Positions 1 through 10,306 of a stretch of DNA of 26,051 nt are shown here, piece after piece. The DNA is taken from positions 1 to 26,051 of the forward strand of contig JBDIWJ010000024.1 in NCBI GenBank assembly GCA_039638295.1, given 5' to 3'. The notes under the pieces were generated by a model. The model was not told where the DNA came from and ran no database searches. It saw only the letters and a list, made by a program, of their open reading frames with translations. Both the position numbers and the translations under genes were made by a program. Source of the DNA: Candidatus Phoenicimicrobium oleiphilum (GTDB taxonomy: Bacteria > Atribacterota > Phoenicimicrobiia > Phoenicimicrobiales > Phoenicimicrobiaceae). Each line of letters opens with the position of its first letter. The stretch's first letter is position 1.

Positions 1-112
1 AACCTACCGCAGGATTGGATAAAGATTTCTTCTCTTTTTAATCCTTTCGTTTAGAGACAACGTCCCATTCTCTAACACTTAACGCAGGTTATCTACTCTG
101 ACAAATATCCTA
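1..112 (-). ncRNA. Probable 5' portion of an OLE RNA (large structured ncRNA), truncated by the window edge
   Basis: Minus strand reads GUCAGAGUAGAU-AACCU-GCGUUAAGUG-UUAGAGA-AUGGGACGUUG-UCUCUAA-ACGAA-AGGAUU...AAUCCU-GCGGU-AGGUU. Three perfect helices are visible: 90-86/5-1, 75-69/57-51 and 45-40/16-11. Junction motifs match my recollection of the OLE 5' consensus; no covariance search was run. The 5' end is approximate. Confidence 0.62.
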
Positions 113-234
113 TCTATTTTTTATCTAACTCGCCTCCTTTATATATATTATTTTGTTGAACTAATTACCTTGTTTTATTTTATACTACTACTCTTTAAAA
201 AATGAAAATTTTTCTTTTTTAGTAAATTCTAATT

Positions 235-1017
235 TTATAAATCAAAGTCTTGAACATTTTTTTCTAAAGATACAGTATTTTTCAAAATTCCAATTCCTTC
301 AATTTCTACTTCTACTTCATCTTTGATTTTAAGTTCACCCACACCTGAAGGAGTTCCAGTTACAATAATATCCCCGGGATTCAAAGTCATTATCTGGGAA
401 ATAAAACTTACAATTTTTTCCACTTTAAAGATCATATTATTCGTAGAAGAATATTGTCTTATCTGTCCATTCTTTCGAAGTTGTATTTTAAGATTATTGG
501 GATCTAAATCAGTCACTATAAAAGGGCCAATCGGAGCAAAGGTATCAAAGGATTTAGCTCTAATCCATTGGCCATCCTTTTTTTGTAGATCTCTAGCTGT
601 CACATCATTAAAACAAGTATATCCTAATATATTTTTATAGACCTCCTTTGGGTCAATATTCTTAATCTTATTTTTTATAATTACCCCGAGTTCGGCTTCA
701 TAATCCAAATGTTTACTCATTTTGGGATACATAATCTTGTCTTTATGCCCGATTGCTGCGCTGGGAGGTTTTAAAAATATTAAAGGTTCTTCGGGTATTT
801 TCATTTTTAACTCTTCTGCGTGGTCAAAATAATTTAAACCTAATGCAATTATTTTAGAAGGCATACAAGGTGGTAAATATTTAATCTCTGAAAGAGAATA
901 TTCATTTTCCAAAATTTCGTATTTGCTAAAAAAATTTCCTTTTATCTCTCTAACTTTATGGCCTTCAACTATACCATATTTCTCCAAGTCGTTGATTAAA
1001 AATCTCAAAAATTTCAT
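235..1017 (-). CDS. Fumarylacetoacetate hydrolase (FAH) family protein
   Basis: Motifs SKIIALGLNYFDH, EPLIFLKP, DYEAELGVII, NDVTARDLQ, AKSFDTFAPIGP, GDIIVTGTPSGVG; GAGG RBS upstream. Confidence 0.93.
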   Translation of the reverse strand: MKFLRFLINDLEKYGIVEGHKVREIKGNFFSKYEILENEYSLSEIKYLPPCMPSKIIALGLNYFDHAEELKMKIPEEPLIFLKPPSAAIGHKDKIMYPKMSKHLDYEAELGVIIKNKIKNIDPKEVYKNILGYTCFNDVTARDLQKKDGQWIRAKSFDTFAPIGPFIVTDLDPNNLKIQLRKNGQIRQYSSTNNMIFKVEKIVSFISQIMTLNPGDIIVTGTPSGVGELKIKDEVEVEIEGIGILKNTVSLEKNVQDFDL

Positions 1018-1090
1018 AAATTAACCTCTTCTTGCTTTTTTAATTTTTAAATTAAGAATAAAAATAAGATTTGTAAATATAACTTTTATA

Positions 1091-2089
1091 TTAACCCACA
1101 ACCTCTTCAAATACTCTTAAAAAATTTCCTCCTAATATTTTCTTAATATCCTTTTCCTTATAACCTCGCTTAACTAATTCTATAGTAATATTTGGGATTT
1201 TTTCAGCACCTTCTAAATTTAAAGGCAATCTTCTTGTTCCGTCAAAATCGGAACCCAATCCCACATAATCTACCCCAACTCTTTCTACTAAATAATCAAT
1301 ATGTTTTACTACATCTTCTATAGTAGTTTTTCTTTTTTCTTGTGTTAAAAAATTAGGTACAAAGGTTACCCCTATAACCCCGCGTTTATCAGCTAAAGCC
1401 TTTATCTGATTATCTTTTAAGTTTCGAGGGTGTGGACATAAAGCATAACAATTAGAATGAGAAGCAACGATGGGAGCTTTACTCCTTTTAATAACATCCC
1501 AAAAACCTGTCTCTGAAAGATGGGACACATCAATTACCATTCCTAATCTATTCATCTCATCTATGACTTTTAAACCTAATTCGGTTAAACCACTGCCTGT
1601 TCGAGATTCGCCAATCCCATCAGCAATCTGATTTCTTTGATTCCAGGTGAGAGTTAAGAGTCTTACTCCTAATTTATACAATACTCTCAATATACCCAAA
1701 TCACCTTCTAATGCCTCTCCTCCTTCTATAGAAAGTATAGCAGCAATCTTCTTCTTTTTATTTATTTCTTTTATTTGACTATAATTTGTGATTAAAGATA
1801 TTTTGTCCTGATTCTTTTCAATTTCATTAAAAAAACAATCAATTAGCTGCAAAGTTCTTTTTAAAGAATTATTTTGTTTATAAATATCCTCTATAAAAAC
1901 TGCAAAAACCTGGATATTTATCCCCCCCTCTTTTAATCTGGGGATATCCAGGTGCCCAGTAGATTTCCTATTTACCAAAGAATGTTTATGATTCATAATC
2001 CTTAAAATAGTATCGCAATGTCCATCAAATACTATTGCTTTCTGGTGTATTTGTTTTGCTTGTATAACTGGGTCTTTGGTTTCAGTCAA
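1091..2089 (-). CDS. Membrane/renal dipeptidase family metallopeptidase (M19)
   Basis: DGHCDT, SIEGG, LTLTWN, IDVSHLS, ASHSN, GLGSDFDG and GGNFLRV motifs; TTG start with AGGTGG RBS. Confidence 0.92.
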   Translation of the reverse strand: MTETKDPVIQAKQIHQKAIVFDGHCDTILRIMNHKHSLVNRKSTGHLDIPRLKEGGINIQVFAVFIEDIYKQNNSLKRTLQLIDCFFNEIEKNQDKISLITNYSQIKEINKKKKIAAILSIEGGEALEGDLGILRVLYKLGVRLLTLTWNQRNQIADGIGESRTGSGLTELGLKVIDEMNRLGMVIDVSHLSETGFWDVIKRSKAPIVASHSNCYALCPHPRNLKDNQIKALADKRGVIGVTFVPNFLTQEKRKTTIEDVVKHIDYLVERVGVDYVGLGSDFDGTRRLPLNLEGAEKIPNITIELVKRGYKEKDIKKILGGNFLRVFEEVVG

Positions 2090-2134
2090 GATTATACCAC
2101 CTACTTCTTAGAATGCATTCTTTTTAAAAATAAT

Positions 2135-2674
2135 TTACCTGTTTAAAAGTATTAACAAAATGATAAGGCCAATCAAAACTAACAAAAAAATAATAATATT
2201 GATTTTACCTTTTGGTTTCTCTTTAAATTTTTTAATATCTGATATAGGAGATCTTCTATCAATTTCAGCAGCCTTTTTAAAATGTTTAACTGCTTCGTTT
2301 ACTCTTTTCGTCCTTTTATAAGCCAATCCTAAATTACTATGAGCTGCTGCATAATCAGGTTTTAACTCTAAGGCTTTCTTATATAATTCAATTGCCATTT
2401 CATAATTTTTTTCTTCCAAATAAACATTTCCTAAATTATTATAAGGTTCTGCAAATTTTACATCAAGTTCTAAAGACCTTTCAAAACATAACTTTGCCTT
2501 ATTAAAATTTTTTAAACTCGCATAGCATACGCCTAATTTACTGTAACTTCTGGAATCATTAGGCCATTTTTTTAAAACCATCTCAAATTCCCTAATAGCC
2601 TGGTTAAAATCCCCTATTCTTAAATAATTTTCGGCTTTATCAAAATCAATTTTATATTCTTCTTTTTTCTCCAT
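2135..2674 (-). CDS. TPR-repeat protein with C-terminal transmembrane anchor
   Basis: About 4 TPR motifs (e.g. PYNNLGNVY, AHSNLGLAY); basic stretch followed by hydrophobic C-terminus IIIFLLVLIGLIILLILL. Confidence 0.85.
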   Translation of the reverse strand: MEKKEEYKIDFDKAENYLRIGDFNQAIREFEMVLKKWPNDSRSYSKLGVCYASLKNFNKAKLCFERSLELDVKFAEPYNNLGNVYLEEKNYEMAIELYKKALELKPDYAAAHSNLGLAYKRTKRVNEAVKHFKKAAEIDRRSPISDIKKFKEKPKGKINIIIFLLVLIGLIILLILLNR

Positions 2675-2702
2675 AAAAACTCCCCAATAAGTTGACTGTA
2701 CC

Positions 2703-4335
<1,633 letters not shown>

Positions 4336-4340
4336 TATTA

Positions 4341-4369
4341 ATATTACCCTTCTTCAATAACCTTGTCAA
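4341..4369 (-). promoter_or_regulatory. Sigma70-type promoter for guaB
   Basis: TTGACA (4369-4364), 17 bp spacer, TAATAT (4346-4341). Confidence 0.75.
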
Positions 4370-4578
4370 TTAATGTATATTCGTATCGTATTTCCCTGGG
4401 TCTTTATTTTTTGCTCGATACTCGATACTTTTTTCTACCCTTTACTTTTTAATAAATTATATTACAATAAAATAGATTTTATTTCTAATTTTTTTTTGTG
4501 TTATAATAACAATACATTAAAATATAATAACAAATTGGAAAATAATTTATTTAAGATTAATTTTAATAGGAGAGAAAA

Positions 4579-5511
4579 GTGATTAAAACAATTGATAAAC
4601 TTACCCCAAAAGATTTAACCGAAGAAATATTATTCTGGAAGGAAAAGAGAGAAGCAATAATCTTAGCCCATGTTTATCAACCAGGCGAAATTCAAGACAT
4701 TGCCGATTTTACAGGTGATTCGCTCTTCCTCAGTCAGCAAGCAGCTAAAACTCGAGCAAAAGTAATCGTATTTTGTGGAGTTCACTTTATGGCAGAAATA
4801 GCAGCTATACTTTCTCCAGAAAAAATCGTTCTTCTTCCTGAAGTTAAAGCAGGATGTCCTATGGCTGATATGGCACCATTTAGAAAAGTAAAAAATAAAA
4901 TAAATGAAATACCTCAGGCGGTTGTAATTTCTTATGTTAATTCATCAGCAGCAGTAAAATCTTTAAGTGATTATTGTTGTACTTCTGCTAATGCTGTTCA
5001 AGTTGCCCAAGCAATTCCTGCTGAAAAAGACATTTTATTCCTTCCCGATATGAATCTGGCTGACTTCACTGCCCGAAAAGCAAAACGAAATATCATCGCC
5101 TGGCAAGGTTATTGTCCGGTTCATAACATTTTAACCAAAGAAGATATAATAAAAGCCAAAAATCACCATCCCAAAGCCTTACTACTGATTCACCCTGAAT
5201 GTCGTCCTGAAGTCTGTGATTTAGCAGACTATGTGGGTAGTACGAGAGGAATTATCAACTTCGCCAGTAATAATTCGGCTAAGGAATATATCATCGGCAC
5301 AGAACTGGGAATATTCTATCCCCTAAAAAAGAATAACCCCGATAAACAATTTTTCCCTGCCTCTGAAAAGATGATATGCCAGGATATGAAACTTATCACT
5401 TTAGAAAAAGTTCTTTATTCGTTAAAAAATTTGACTCCGCGAATAACGGTGCAAGAAGATATAAGAAAGAAATCTCTAAAAGCATTAAATCGAATGATGG
5501 AAATAACTTAA
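4579..5511 (+). CDS. nadA: Quinolinate synthase
   Basis: ILAHVYQ, GDSL, FCGVHFMAE, GCPMAD, YVNS, CTSANA, CPVH, HPEC, CQDMK; GTG start with AGGAG RBS. Confidence 0.96.
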   Translation: MIKTIDKLTPKDLTEEILFWKEKREAIILAHVYQPGEIQDIADFTGDSLFLSQQAAKTRAKVIVFCGVHFMAEIAAILSPEKIVLLPEVKAGCPMADMAPFRKVKNKINEIPQAVVISYVNSSAAVKSLSDYCCTSANAVQVAQAIPAEKDILFLPDMNLADFTARKAKRNIIAWQGYCPVHNILTKEDIIKAKNHHPKALLLIHPECRPEVCDLADYVGSTRGIINFASNNSAKEYIIGTELGIFYPLKKNNPDKQFFPASEKMICQDMKLITLEKVLYSLKNLTPRITVQEDIRKKSLKALNRMMEIT

Positions 5512-5545
5512 TTAACTAGTATCTTGTATCTCGTGAATCGTATGG
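5512..5545. repeat. Short heptamer-family array after the nadA stop
   Basis: TAGTATCTTGTATCTCGTGAATCGTA; its reverse complement shares ATTCACGAGATAC with 4277-4289. Confidence 0.6.
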
Positions 5546-5610
5546 TGTAGTTACTCAACAATCTAATTAGTTTATCATACTAAAATCTTTTCGAAAGGAT
5601 TATTTTATAA

Positions 5611-7200
5611 ATGCTACCACGATATTTAATTAATTTCGACCTTTTCAGAATAGAAAAAGTTTATACTGAGTTCTTAGTTGTGGGCTCAGGAATTGCAGGT
5701 CTATACACTTCGCTTAAACTTTGCGACAGAGGAGAAGTTACCCTTCTCACCAAAAGCAAATTAAAAGAAAGTAGTACTGAATATGCTCAAGGTGGAATTG
5801 CTGTAGCGTTAGGAGATGAAGATTCCCCTCGTTTACATATGGAAGATACCCTAAAAGCTGGAGCAAATTTTTGCGACCCTAAAGCAGTAGAAGTTTTAGT
5901 TACTGATGGTCCTAAATGTGTTGAAGAATTAATAGAATTAGGAACTAAGTTTGACAAAATCGAAGGTAAATATAAAACTACTTTAGAGGCAGCCCACCAG
6001 AGACCTCGAATCTTGCATGCTCAGGGAGATGCTACCGGAGCAGAAATAGAAAGATCTCTATCTGAGAAGGTAATTAAAGAAAATAGAATAAAAATTAAAG
6101 AAAATATTTTTGTTTTAGATATTTTAACTAAACATAACACTTGTTATGGGGTATTGGTCTTAGATAATAATACCGAAAAAGTTATGGCTTATTTAGCAAA
6201 ATCTACTATTTTTGCCAGTGGTGGAGCCGGGCAACTCTACTGCAATACCACTAACCCTGATGTTGCTACCGGAGATGGAATTGCCCTTGCCTATAGAGGT
6301 GGAGCTAAAGTTACAGATTTAGAGTTTATCCAGTTTCATCCTACTGCTCTCTACCATCAAGGAAGTCCTAAATTTTTAATTTCTGAAGCAGTTCGGGGAG
6401 AAGGAGCCATATTAAAAAATATAAAAGGAGAACCCTTTATGTCCTCTTACCATCCTCAAGCTGAATTAGCTCCCCGAGATATAGTTGCCCGAGCAATTGT
6501 TGATCAAATGAAAAAGACTAAAAGTAATTATGTTTATTTAGACGCTACTAAAATAAAACATAAATTTTCTAAACGCTTCCCGAATATTTATAAGAAATGT
6601 CTTTCGTTGGGTATCAATCCTGAGAAAGAATATATACCAGTAGCTCCAGCATCACATTATACTATGGGGGGTATAAAAACTGATATCTGGGGACAGACCA
6701 ATTTAATTAATCTTTACGCCTGTGGTGAATGTACTTCTACTGGAGTACATGGTGCAAACCGTTTAGCAAGTAATTCACTTTTGGAGGGATTAGTCTTCGG
6801 AAATAGAATTTCTCAAAAAATCAAAGAAGACAGACCGTATTATTCTATTAAAAAATTAAAAGAATTAAACCTTTCTTATAACCTCCCTCGAGAAAAAAAT
6901 AAAGCCTACGACCCTTTAAAATTAAAACAAGAATTGCAAAATCTTATGTGGGATAAAGTTGGAATTATTCGAAACTCTTCTGATTTGAAACAGGCTAAGC
7001 AAAAAATTAATGGATGGAAACTTCTTATATTTGAATCAAAACTTGAAACTGTTGAAGAATTTGAATTAGCCAATCTTATTATCTTAGCTGATTTGGTTAC
7101 TAATTCAGCTTTACTGCGGGAAGAAAGTCGAGGGGCCCATTATCGTGAAGATTTTCCTGATAGTGATAATATAAACTGGAAGAAACATATAATATATTAA
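5611..7200 (+). CDS. nadB: L-aspartate oxidase
   Basis: GSGIAGL FAD motif, AQGGIA, EFIQFHPT, SEAVRGEG, HYTMGG, GVHGANRLASNSLLEG, ESRGAH; lies between nadA and nadC. Confidence 0.96.
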   Translation: MLPRYLINFDLFRIEKVYTEFLVVGSGIAGLYTSLKLCDRGEVTLLTKSKLKESSTEYAQGGIAVALGDEDSPRLHMEDTLKAGANFCDPKAVEVLVTDGPKCVEELIELGTKFDKIEGKYKTTLEAAHQRPRILHAQGDATGAEIERSLSEKVIKENRIKIKENIFVLDILTKHNTCYGVLVLDNNTEKVMAYLAKSTIFASGGAGQLYCNTTNPDVATGDGIALAYRGGAKVTDLEFIQFHPTALYHQGSPKFLISEAVRGEGAILKNIKGEPFMSSYHPQAELAPRDIVARAIVDQMKKTKSNYVYLDATKIKHKFSKRFPNIYKKCLSLGINPEKEYIPVAPASHYTMGGIKTDIWGQTNLINLYACGECTSTGVHGANRLASNSLLEGLVFGNRISQKIKEDRPYYSIKKLKELNLSYNLPREKNKAYDPLKLKQELQNLMWDKVGIIRNSSDLKQAKQKINGWKLLIFESKLETVEEFELANLIILADLVTNSALLREESRGAHYREDFPDSDNINWKKHIIY

Positions 7201-7393
7201 CCAATTCGCCAATTTATCGATTCTCCAATTGAAAGAAAATTACTAATTATTTTCTCTAATCTTACTCTTATAAAAAGTGAGAAATATGTATTTTCACTAC
7301 CACTTTATAAATATATATACTAACTAACTTGTAGACTGTCAAACTCTAAACCTAAGCAATTGGTAAATTGTTGGATTGGTAAATTGGTCAATT
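7201..7393. repeat. Inverted pair of octamer (CCAATTNN / AATTGGNN) arrays bracketing the nadB-nadC spacer
   Basis: 7201-7230 CCAATTCG CCAATTTA TCGATTCT CCAATT and 7358-7393 AATTGGTA AATTGTTG GATTGGTA AATTGGTC AATT. Confidence 0.75.
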
Positions 7394-7417
7394 TTTCTAT
7401 AAAGAGGTGTTTTGGAA

Positions 7418-8263
7418 ATGAACTTTTCAATTAAAGAAAATATTCAGATAGATAAAATAATTGAGCAAGCCCTGTTAGAAGATATCGGTACAGGAGATAT
7501 TACTACCGATTCTATTATCCCTGATGATTTAAAAACCAAAGGAATTATTAAGACTAAAGAAGAAGGAGTAATAGCTGGCCTGGGCATAGCCAACCTGGTG
7601 TTTAAAAAGTTAGATTCAAATATCATCTTTCAAGAAAAAATCGAAGATGGAGCAAAAGTGTCTCAGAACGAGCTATTAGCAGAAATTACTGGTCCTGCTC
7701 GAACTATGCTTAAAGGAGAAAGGGTTGCTTTAAATTTCCTTCAGCGAATGTCAGGTATTGCTACAACCACTTCTAAATTTTATGAGGAAATAAAGGGGTT
7801 CCCAGTTCGAATAGTCGATACACGTAAAACCACTCCCGGATTAAGGATATTAGAAAAATATTCAGTACGCATAGGTGGAGGCAGTAATCACCGCTTCGGT
7901 TTATATGATGCTGTATTAATTAAGGATAACCATATAGCAGTGGCTGGAAGTATTAAATCGGCAGTAAATTCTGTCCGAAAACAAATCTCTCACACGATAA
8001 AAATAGAAGTAGAAGTAAAAAATTTATCTCAGCTACAAGAAGCCTTAGATATGAAAGTAGATATAGTAATGTTAGACAATATGAGTTTAGATATGATGAA
8101 AAAGGCAGTAAAAATGGCAAAAGGCAAAACTTTAATTGAAGCATCAGGGGGAATCACTTTAAAAAATATAAGGGAAATTGCCCAAACAGGAGTAGATTTA
8201 ATCTCTGTAGGTGCCCTCACCCATTCTGTAAAGGCGATAGATATTAGTATGGAAATTTTTTAG
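7418..8263 (+). CDS. nadC: Nicotinate-nucleotide diphosphorylase (carboxylating) / quinolinate phosphoribosyltransferase
   Basis: EDIGTGDITT, GERVALNFLQRMSGIAT, DTRKTTPGLR, HRFGLYD, IKDNH, EASGG, SVGALTHS. ATG 7418 preferred over TTG 7412 because it lies 8 nt after GAGGTG. Confidence 0.97.
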   Translation: MNFSIKENIQIDKIIEQALLEDIGTGDITTDSIIPDDLKTKGIIKTKEEGVIAGLGIANLVFKKLDSNIIFQEKIEDGAKVSQNELLAEITGPARTMLKGERVALNFLQRMSGIATTTSKFYEEIKGFPVRIVDTRKTTPGLRILEKYSVRIGGGSNHRFGLYDAVLIKDNHIAVAGSIKSAVNSVRKQISHTIKIEVEVKNLSQLQEALDMKVDIVMLDNMSLDMMKKAVKMAKGKTLIEASGGITLKNIREIAQTGVDLISVGALTHSVKAIDISMEIF

Positions 8264-8612
8264 TATATCGTATTACATATATCGTATATCGAAATATAGC
8301 AGATAGCGCTTAAAAATAGTATCTAGTAAATAAGATAGAAATCAGAACTAATTTATATCTCGCAAAGAAGGAAGCCAGAAGTAGGGGTTCAATTCATCGA
8401 ACCCACAAAAAGTTGCCCAAAAATTTGGGGTGGATAAATCCGCCCCCTACAAAATGTAGCAAACCCTAGATAGGTACAATTCATTGTCCCCCTATACCTG
8501 AATCCTAATTTCTTTACGCGATACTCGATACGCAATACGCGAAACGAATTATTATTCACCACTGAGTAGTTAATTGGTGAATCGGTAAATTGGTCAATTG
8601 GCAAATCAAAGT
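8264..8612. repeat. Composite nested repeat element between convergent nadC and coaX
   Basis: TATATCG-type units on the left, REPs at 8381-8404, 8427-8450 and degenerate 8472-8495 in the centre, ACGCGAT/ACTCGAT/ACGCAAT units at 8516-8546, AATTGG octamers at 8572-8603. Confidence 0.78.
8381..8450. repeat. Inverted doublet of GTAG-type REP sequences (REPIN-like)
   Basis: GTAGGGGTTCAATTCATCGAACCC, 22 nt spacer, GGGGTGGATAAATCCGCCCCCTAC. Confidence 0.8.
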
Positions 8613-9386
8613 TCACTTATTCATTTCGTAAATAATTCGTAATCCCTGTAAAGTCAAAAAGGGATTGACTTTATCGATTATCTTACTTTCATTTCCAATT
8701 AATTCTGCATAGCCACCAGTTGCTACTACTAAAGAATCTTCTCCCAGCTCTTTCTTAAATCTTCTTATTAGTTCATTAGTTAGCCCTAAATAACCAAAAA
8801 ACAATCCTGACTGCATTGCTGAAACAGTATTACTGCCAATACAATGTTTCGGTTTTATTAATTCTACTTTGGGTAACTTAGCAGTCTTTTCAAATAAAGC
8901 TTCTGCTGAAATCTCTATCCCTGGAGCAATCGCTCCTCCTAAATATTCTCCTTCAGCATTAACTGCACAAAAGGTGGTAGCTGTTCCAAAATCCACAATT
9001 ATTACCGGTCCACCATATAGTTTGTAAGCAGCGATGGCATTAACAATCCTGTCTGCTCCCACTTCTTTAGGATTATCTGTTTTAATATGAATCCCAGTCT
9101 TTATCCCAGGGTCCACAACAAGAGCAGTAACTTTAAAATAATCTATGGACATCTTCTTTAATATCCAACTCACTGGAGGAATGACACAAGATATAACTAC
9201 TGATTTAATATCAGAAAGGGATAAATTAGAATTGGAAATTAAATTTTTAACTAATATTCCATACTCATCTTCTGTCTTATTTAGATCAGTAGAAATCCTC
9301 CAATAACTAAGTAGCTTTTTTTCATCATAAACCCCTATTACTGTATGGGTATTGCCTACATCTATTACTAATATCATTGAAACCAT
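8613..9386 (-). CDS. coaX: Type III pantothenate kinase
   Basis: [38 protein letters not shown]. The start may instead be ATG 9377. Confidence 0.96.
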   Translation of the reverse strand: MVSMILVIDVGNTHTVIGVYDEKKLLSYWRISTDLNKTEDEYGILVKNLISNSNLSLSDIKSVVISCVIPPVSWILKKMSIDYFKVTALVVDPGIKTGIHIKTDNPKEVGADRIVNAIAAYKLYGGPVIIVDFGTATTFCAVNAEGEYLGGAIAPGIEISAEALFEKTAKLPKVELIKPKHCIGSNTVSAMQSGLFFGYLGLTNELIRRFKKELGEDSLVVATGGYAELIGNESKIIDKVNPFLTLQGLRIIYEMNK

Positions 9387-9489
9387 AAACCTCCTTTTAT
9401 AGTTTTTACTTCATTTTTTATTATTATACTTTCAACTTTATTTAATAATTTTAACACCTGACCATAAATAATAAAGGTATCAAAAAATT

Positions 9490-9519
9490 GGGCAGAGAAA
9501 AATAATATTTTCTCTGCCC
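9490..9519 (-). terminator. Intrinsic terminator after the ECF S gene (possibly bidirectional)
   Basis: Perfect 12 bp stem GGGCAGAGAAAA/TTTTCTCTGCCC, 6 nt loop, T-runs following on both strands. Confidence 0.75.
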
Positions 9520-9559
9520 TTTTACCTGTTTTTTAAAATACAAGAATTTATCCTGATAA

Positions 9560-10087
9560 CTAATAACCAAGTTTCTTCAAAGCCTTAACCAAAATAGTTA
9601 CCAACAATATTGCCACAACCACCTCTGGGGTACCATGAACAAGGGCAATAGTTGTGCTTGCTTTAACTGGAAGATACCCTCTTAAGGTTGCCAAACCCAG
9701 GACTCCTATGGTATTAGTTAATGTCCCAACTATTGCTGCTACCACAGTACTCTCTCTCAGATATTTATAAGAATAGTAAGCGGTTACTCCAATAAATATC
9801 CGAGGGAAAATAGCAATAAGAGGATCTGCGAATATAGGATTGGTAGCATTCAAAAAACTGTATAGCCCAAAGATTAAGCCAGTTAAAGCACCAACCACTG
9901 GACCTTCGAGTATTCCTCCTAAAATTGCGGGAATATGCATAATGGTAGCGTGTCCTGCAGGAGTGGGAACAGGGATAAAACCTAATCGAGTTGCCCCTAA
10001 GATAATGGCTATAGCCCCTAACATTCCGGAAATAGCCATTTGCCGAGTGGTAAGTTTAAAGCTGGAAGCAGTAGGATTGCTATTCAC
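9560..10087 (-). CDS. panT: ECF transporter S component, PanT-like (probably pantothenate)
   Basis: LGFIPVP, ATIMHIPAILGGILEGP, PRIFIG, GTLTNTIGVL and HGTPE motifs; adjacent to coaX. Start reassigned to GTG 10087 after GGAGGTG. Confidence 0.82.
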   Translation of the reverse strand: MNSNPTASSFKLTTRQMAISGMLGAIAIILGATRLGFIPVPTPAGHATIMHIPAILGGILEGPVVGALTGLIFGLYSFLNATNPIFADPLIAIFPRIFIGVTAYYSYKYLRESTVVAAIVGTLTNTIGVLGLATLRGYLPVKASTTIALVHGTPEVVVAILLVTILVKALKKLGY

Positions 10088-10095
10088 TTTTTTCA

Positions 10096-10186
10096 CCTCC
10101 GTTCTAGTTCCGTCTTCAGATACTAGACGAAAAAGCATTAATTTGAATTTTCCTCAGGTCTTGTTCTTAAATAAGATACAAGCCCA
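10096..10186 (-). promoter_or_regulatory. pan-motif-like cis-regulatory RNA (two stems, each with two bulged A)
   Basis: Minus strand: GG-CUUGU-A-UCUU..AAGA-ACAAG-A-CC and CG-UCUAGU-A-UCUG..CGGA-ACUAGA-A-CG, in the 5' UTR of a pantothenate-related gene; the second stem overlaps the SD. Confidence 0.78.
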
Positions 10187-10215
10187 TCAATAAAGGATTA
10201 TTCCTTTACGCCCAT

Positions 10216-10244
10216 AGTGTAAAATACTTTAATAAATATGTCAA
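10216..10244 (-). promoter_or_regulatory. Sigma70-type promoter for panT
   Basis: TTGACA (10244-10239), 17 bp spacer, TACACT (10221-10216). Confidence 0.72.
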
Positions 10245-10248
10245 GTCA

Positions 10249-10305
10249 AAAAAAGGGGACAGGCTACTTTTTAACTTTTTTAAAAAGTAGCCTGTCCCCT
10301 TTTTT
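10249..10305. terminator. Long perfect inverted repeat; terminator and/or MITE/REP-like element
   Basis: 26 bp perfect arms AAAAAAGGGGACAGGCTACTTTTTAA (10249-10274) and its complement (10280-10305), 5 nt loop, directly after the response regulator stop. Confidence 0.75.
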
Positions 10306-10306
10306 C

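Noticed and set aside
113..140. Strong SD (AAAGGAGG, minus strand) suggesting a leader peptide before the ncRNA
   Set aside because: No ATG, GTG or TTG at usable spacing, and stop codons follow immediately.
4430..4578. NAD riboswitch or NiaR operator upstream of nadA
   Set aside because: Very AT-rich, no stable stems and no convincing operator palindrome; only a TATAAT -10 candidate near 4502.
4373..4582. 69 aa ORF upstream of nadA
   Set aside because: AT-rich low-complexity promoter region giving an F/N/K-biased peptide with no RBS.
8389..8616. 75 aa ORF following coaX
   Set aside because: It is a translation of repeat modules and REPs (DLPIDQFTDSPI, RVLRIEYRV), with no RBS or recognisable domain.
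10088..10138. N-terminal extension of the ECF S protein (track start 10138)
   Set aside because: It overlaps the pan-motif hairpin; GGAGGTG plus GTG 10087 gives a normal-length protein.
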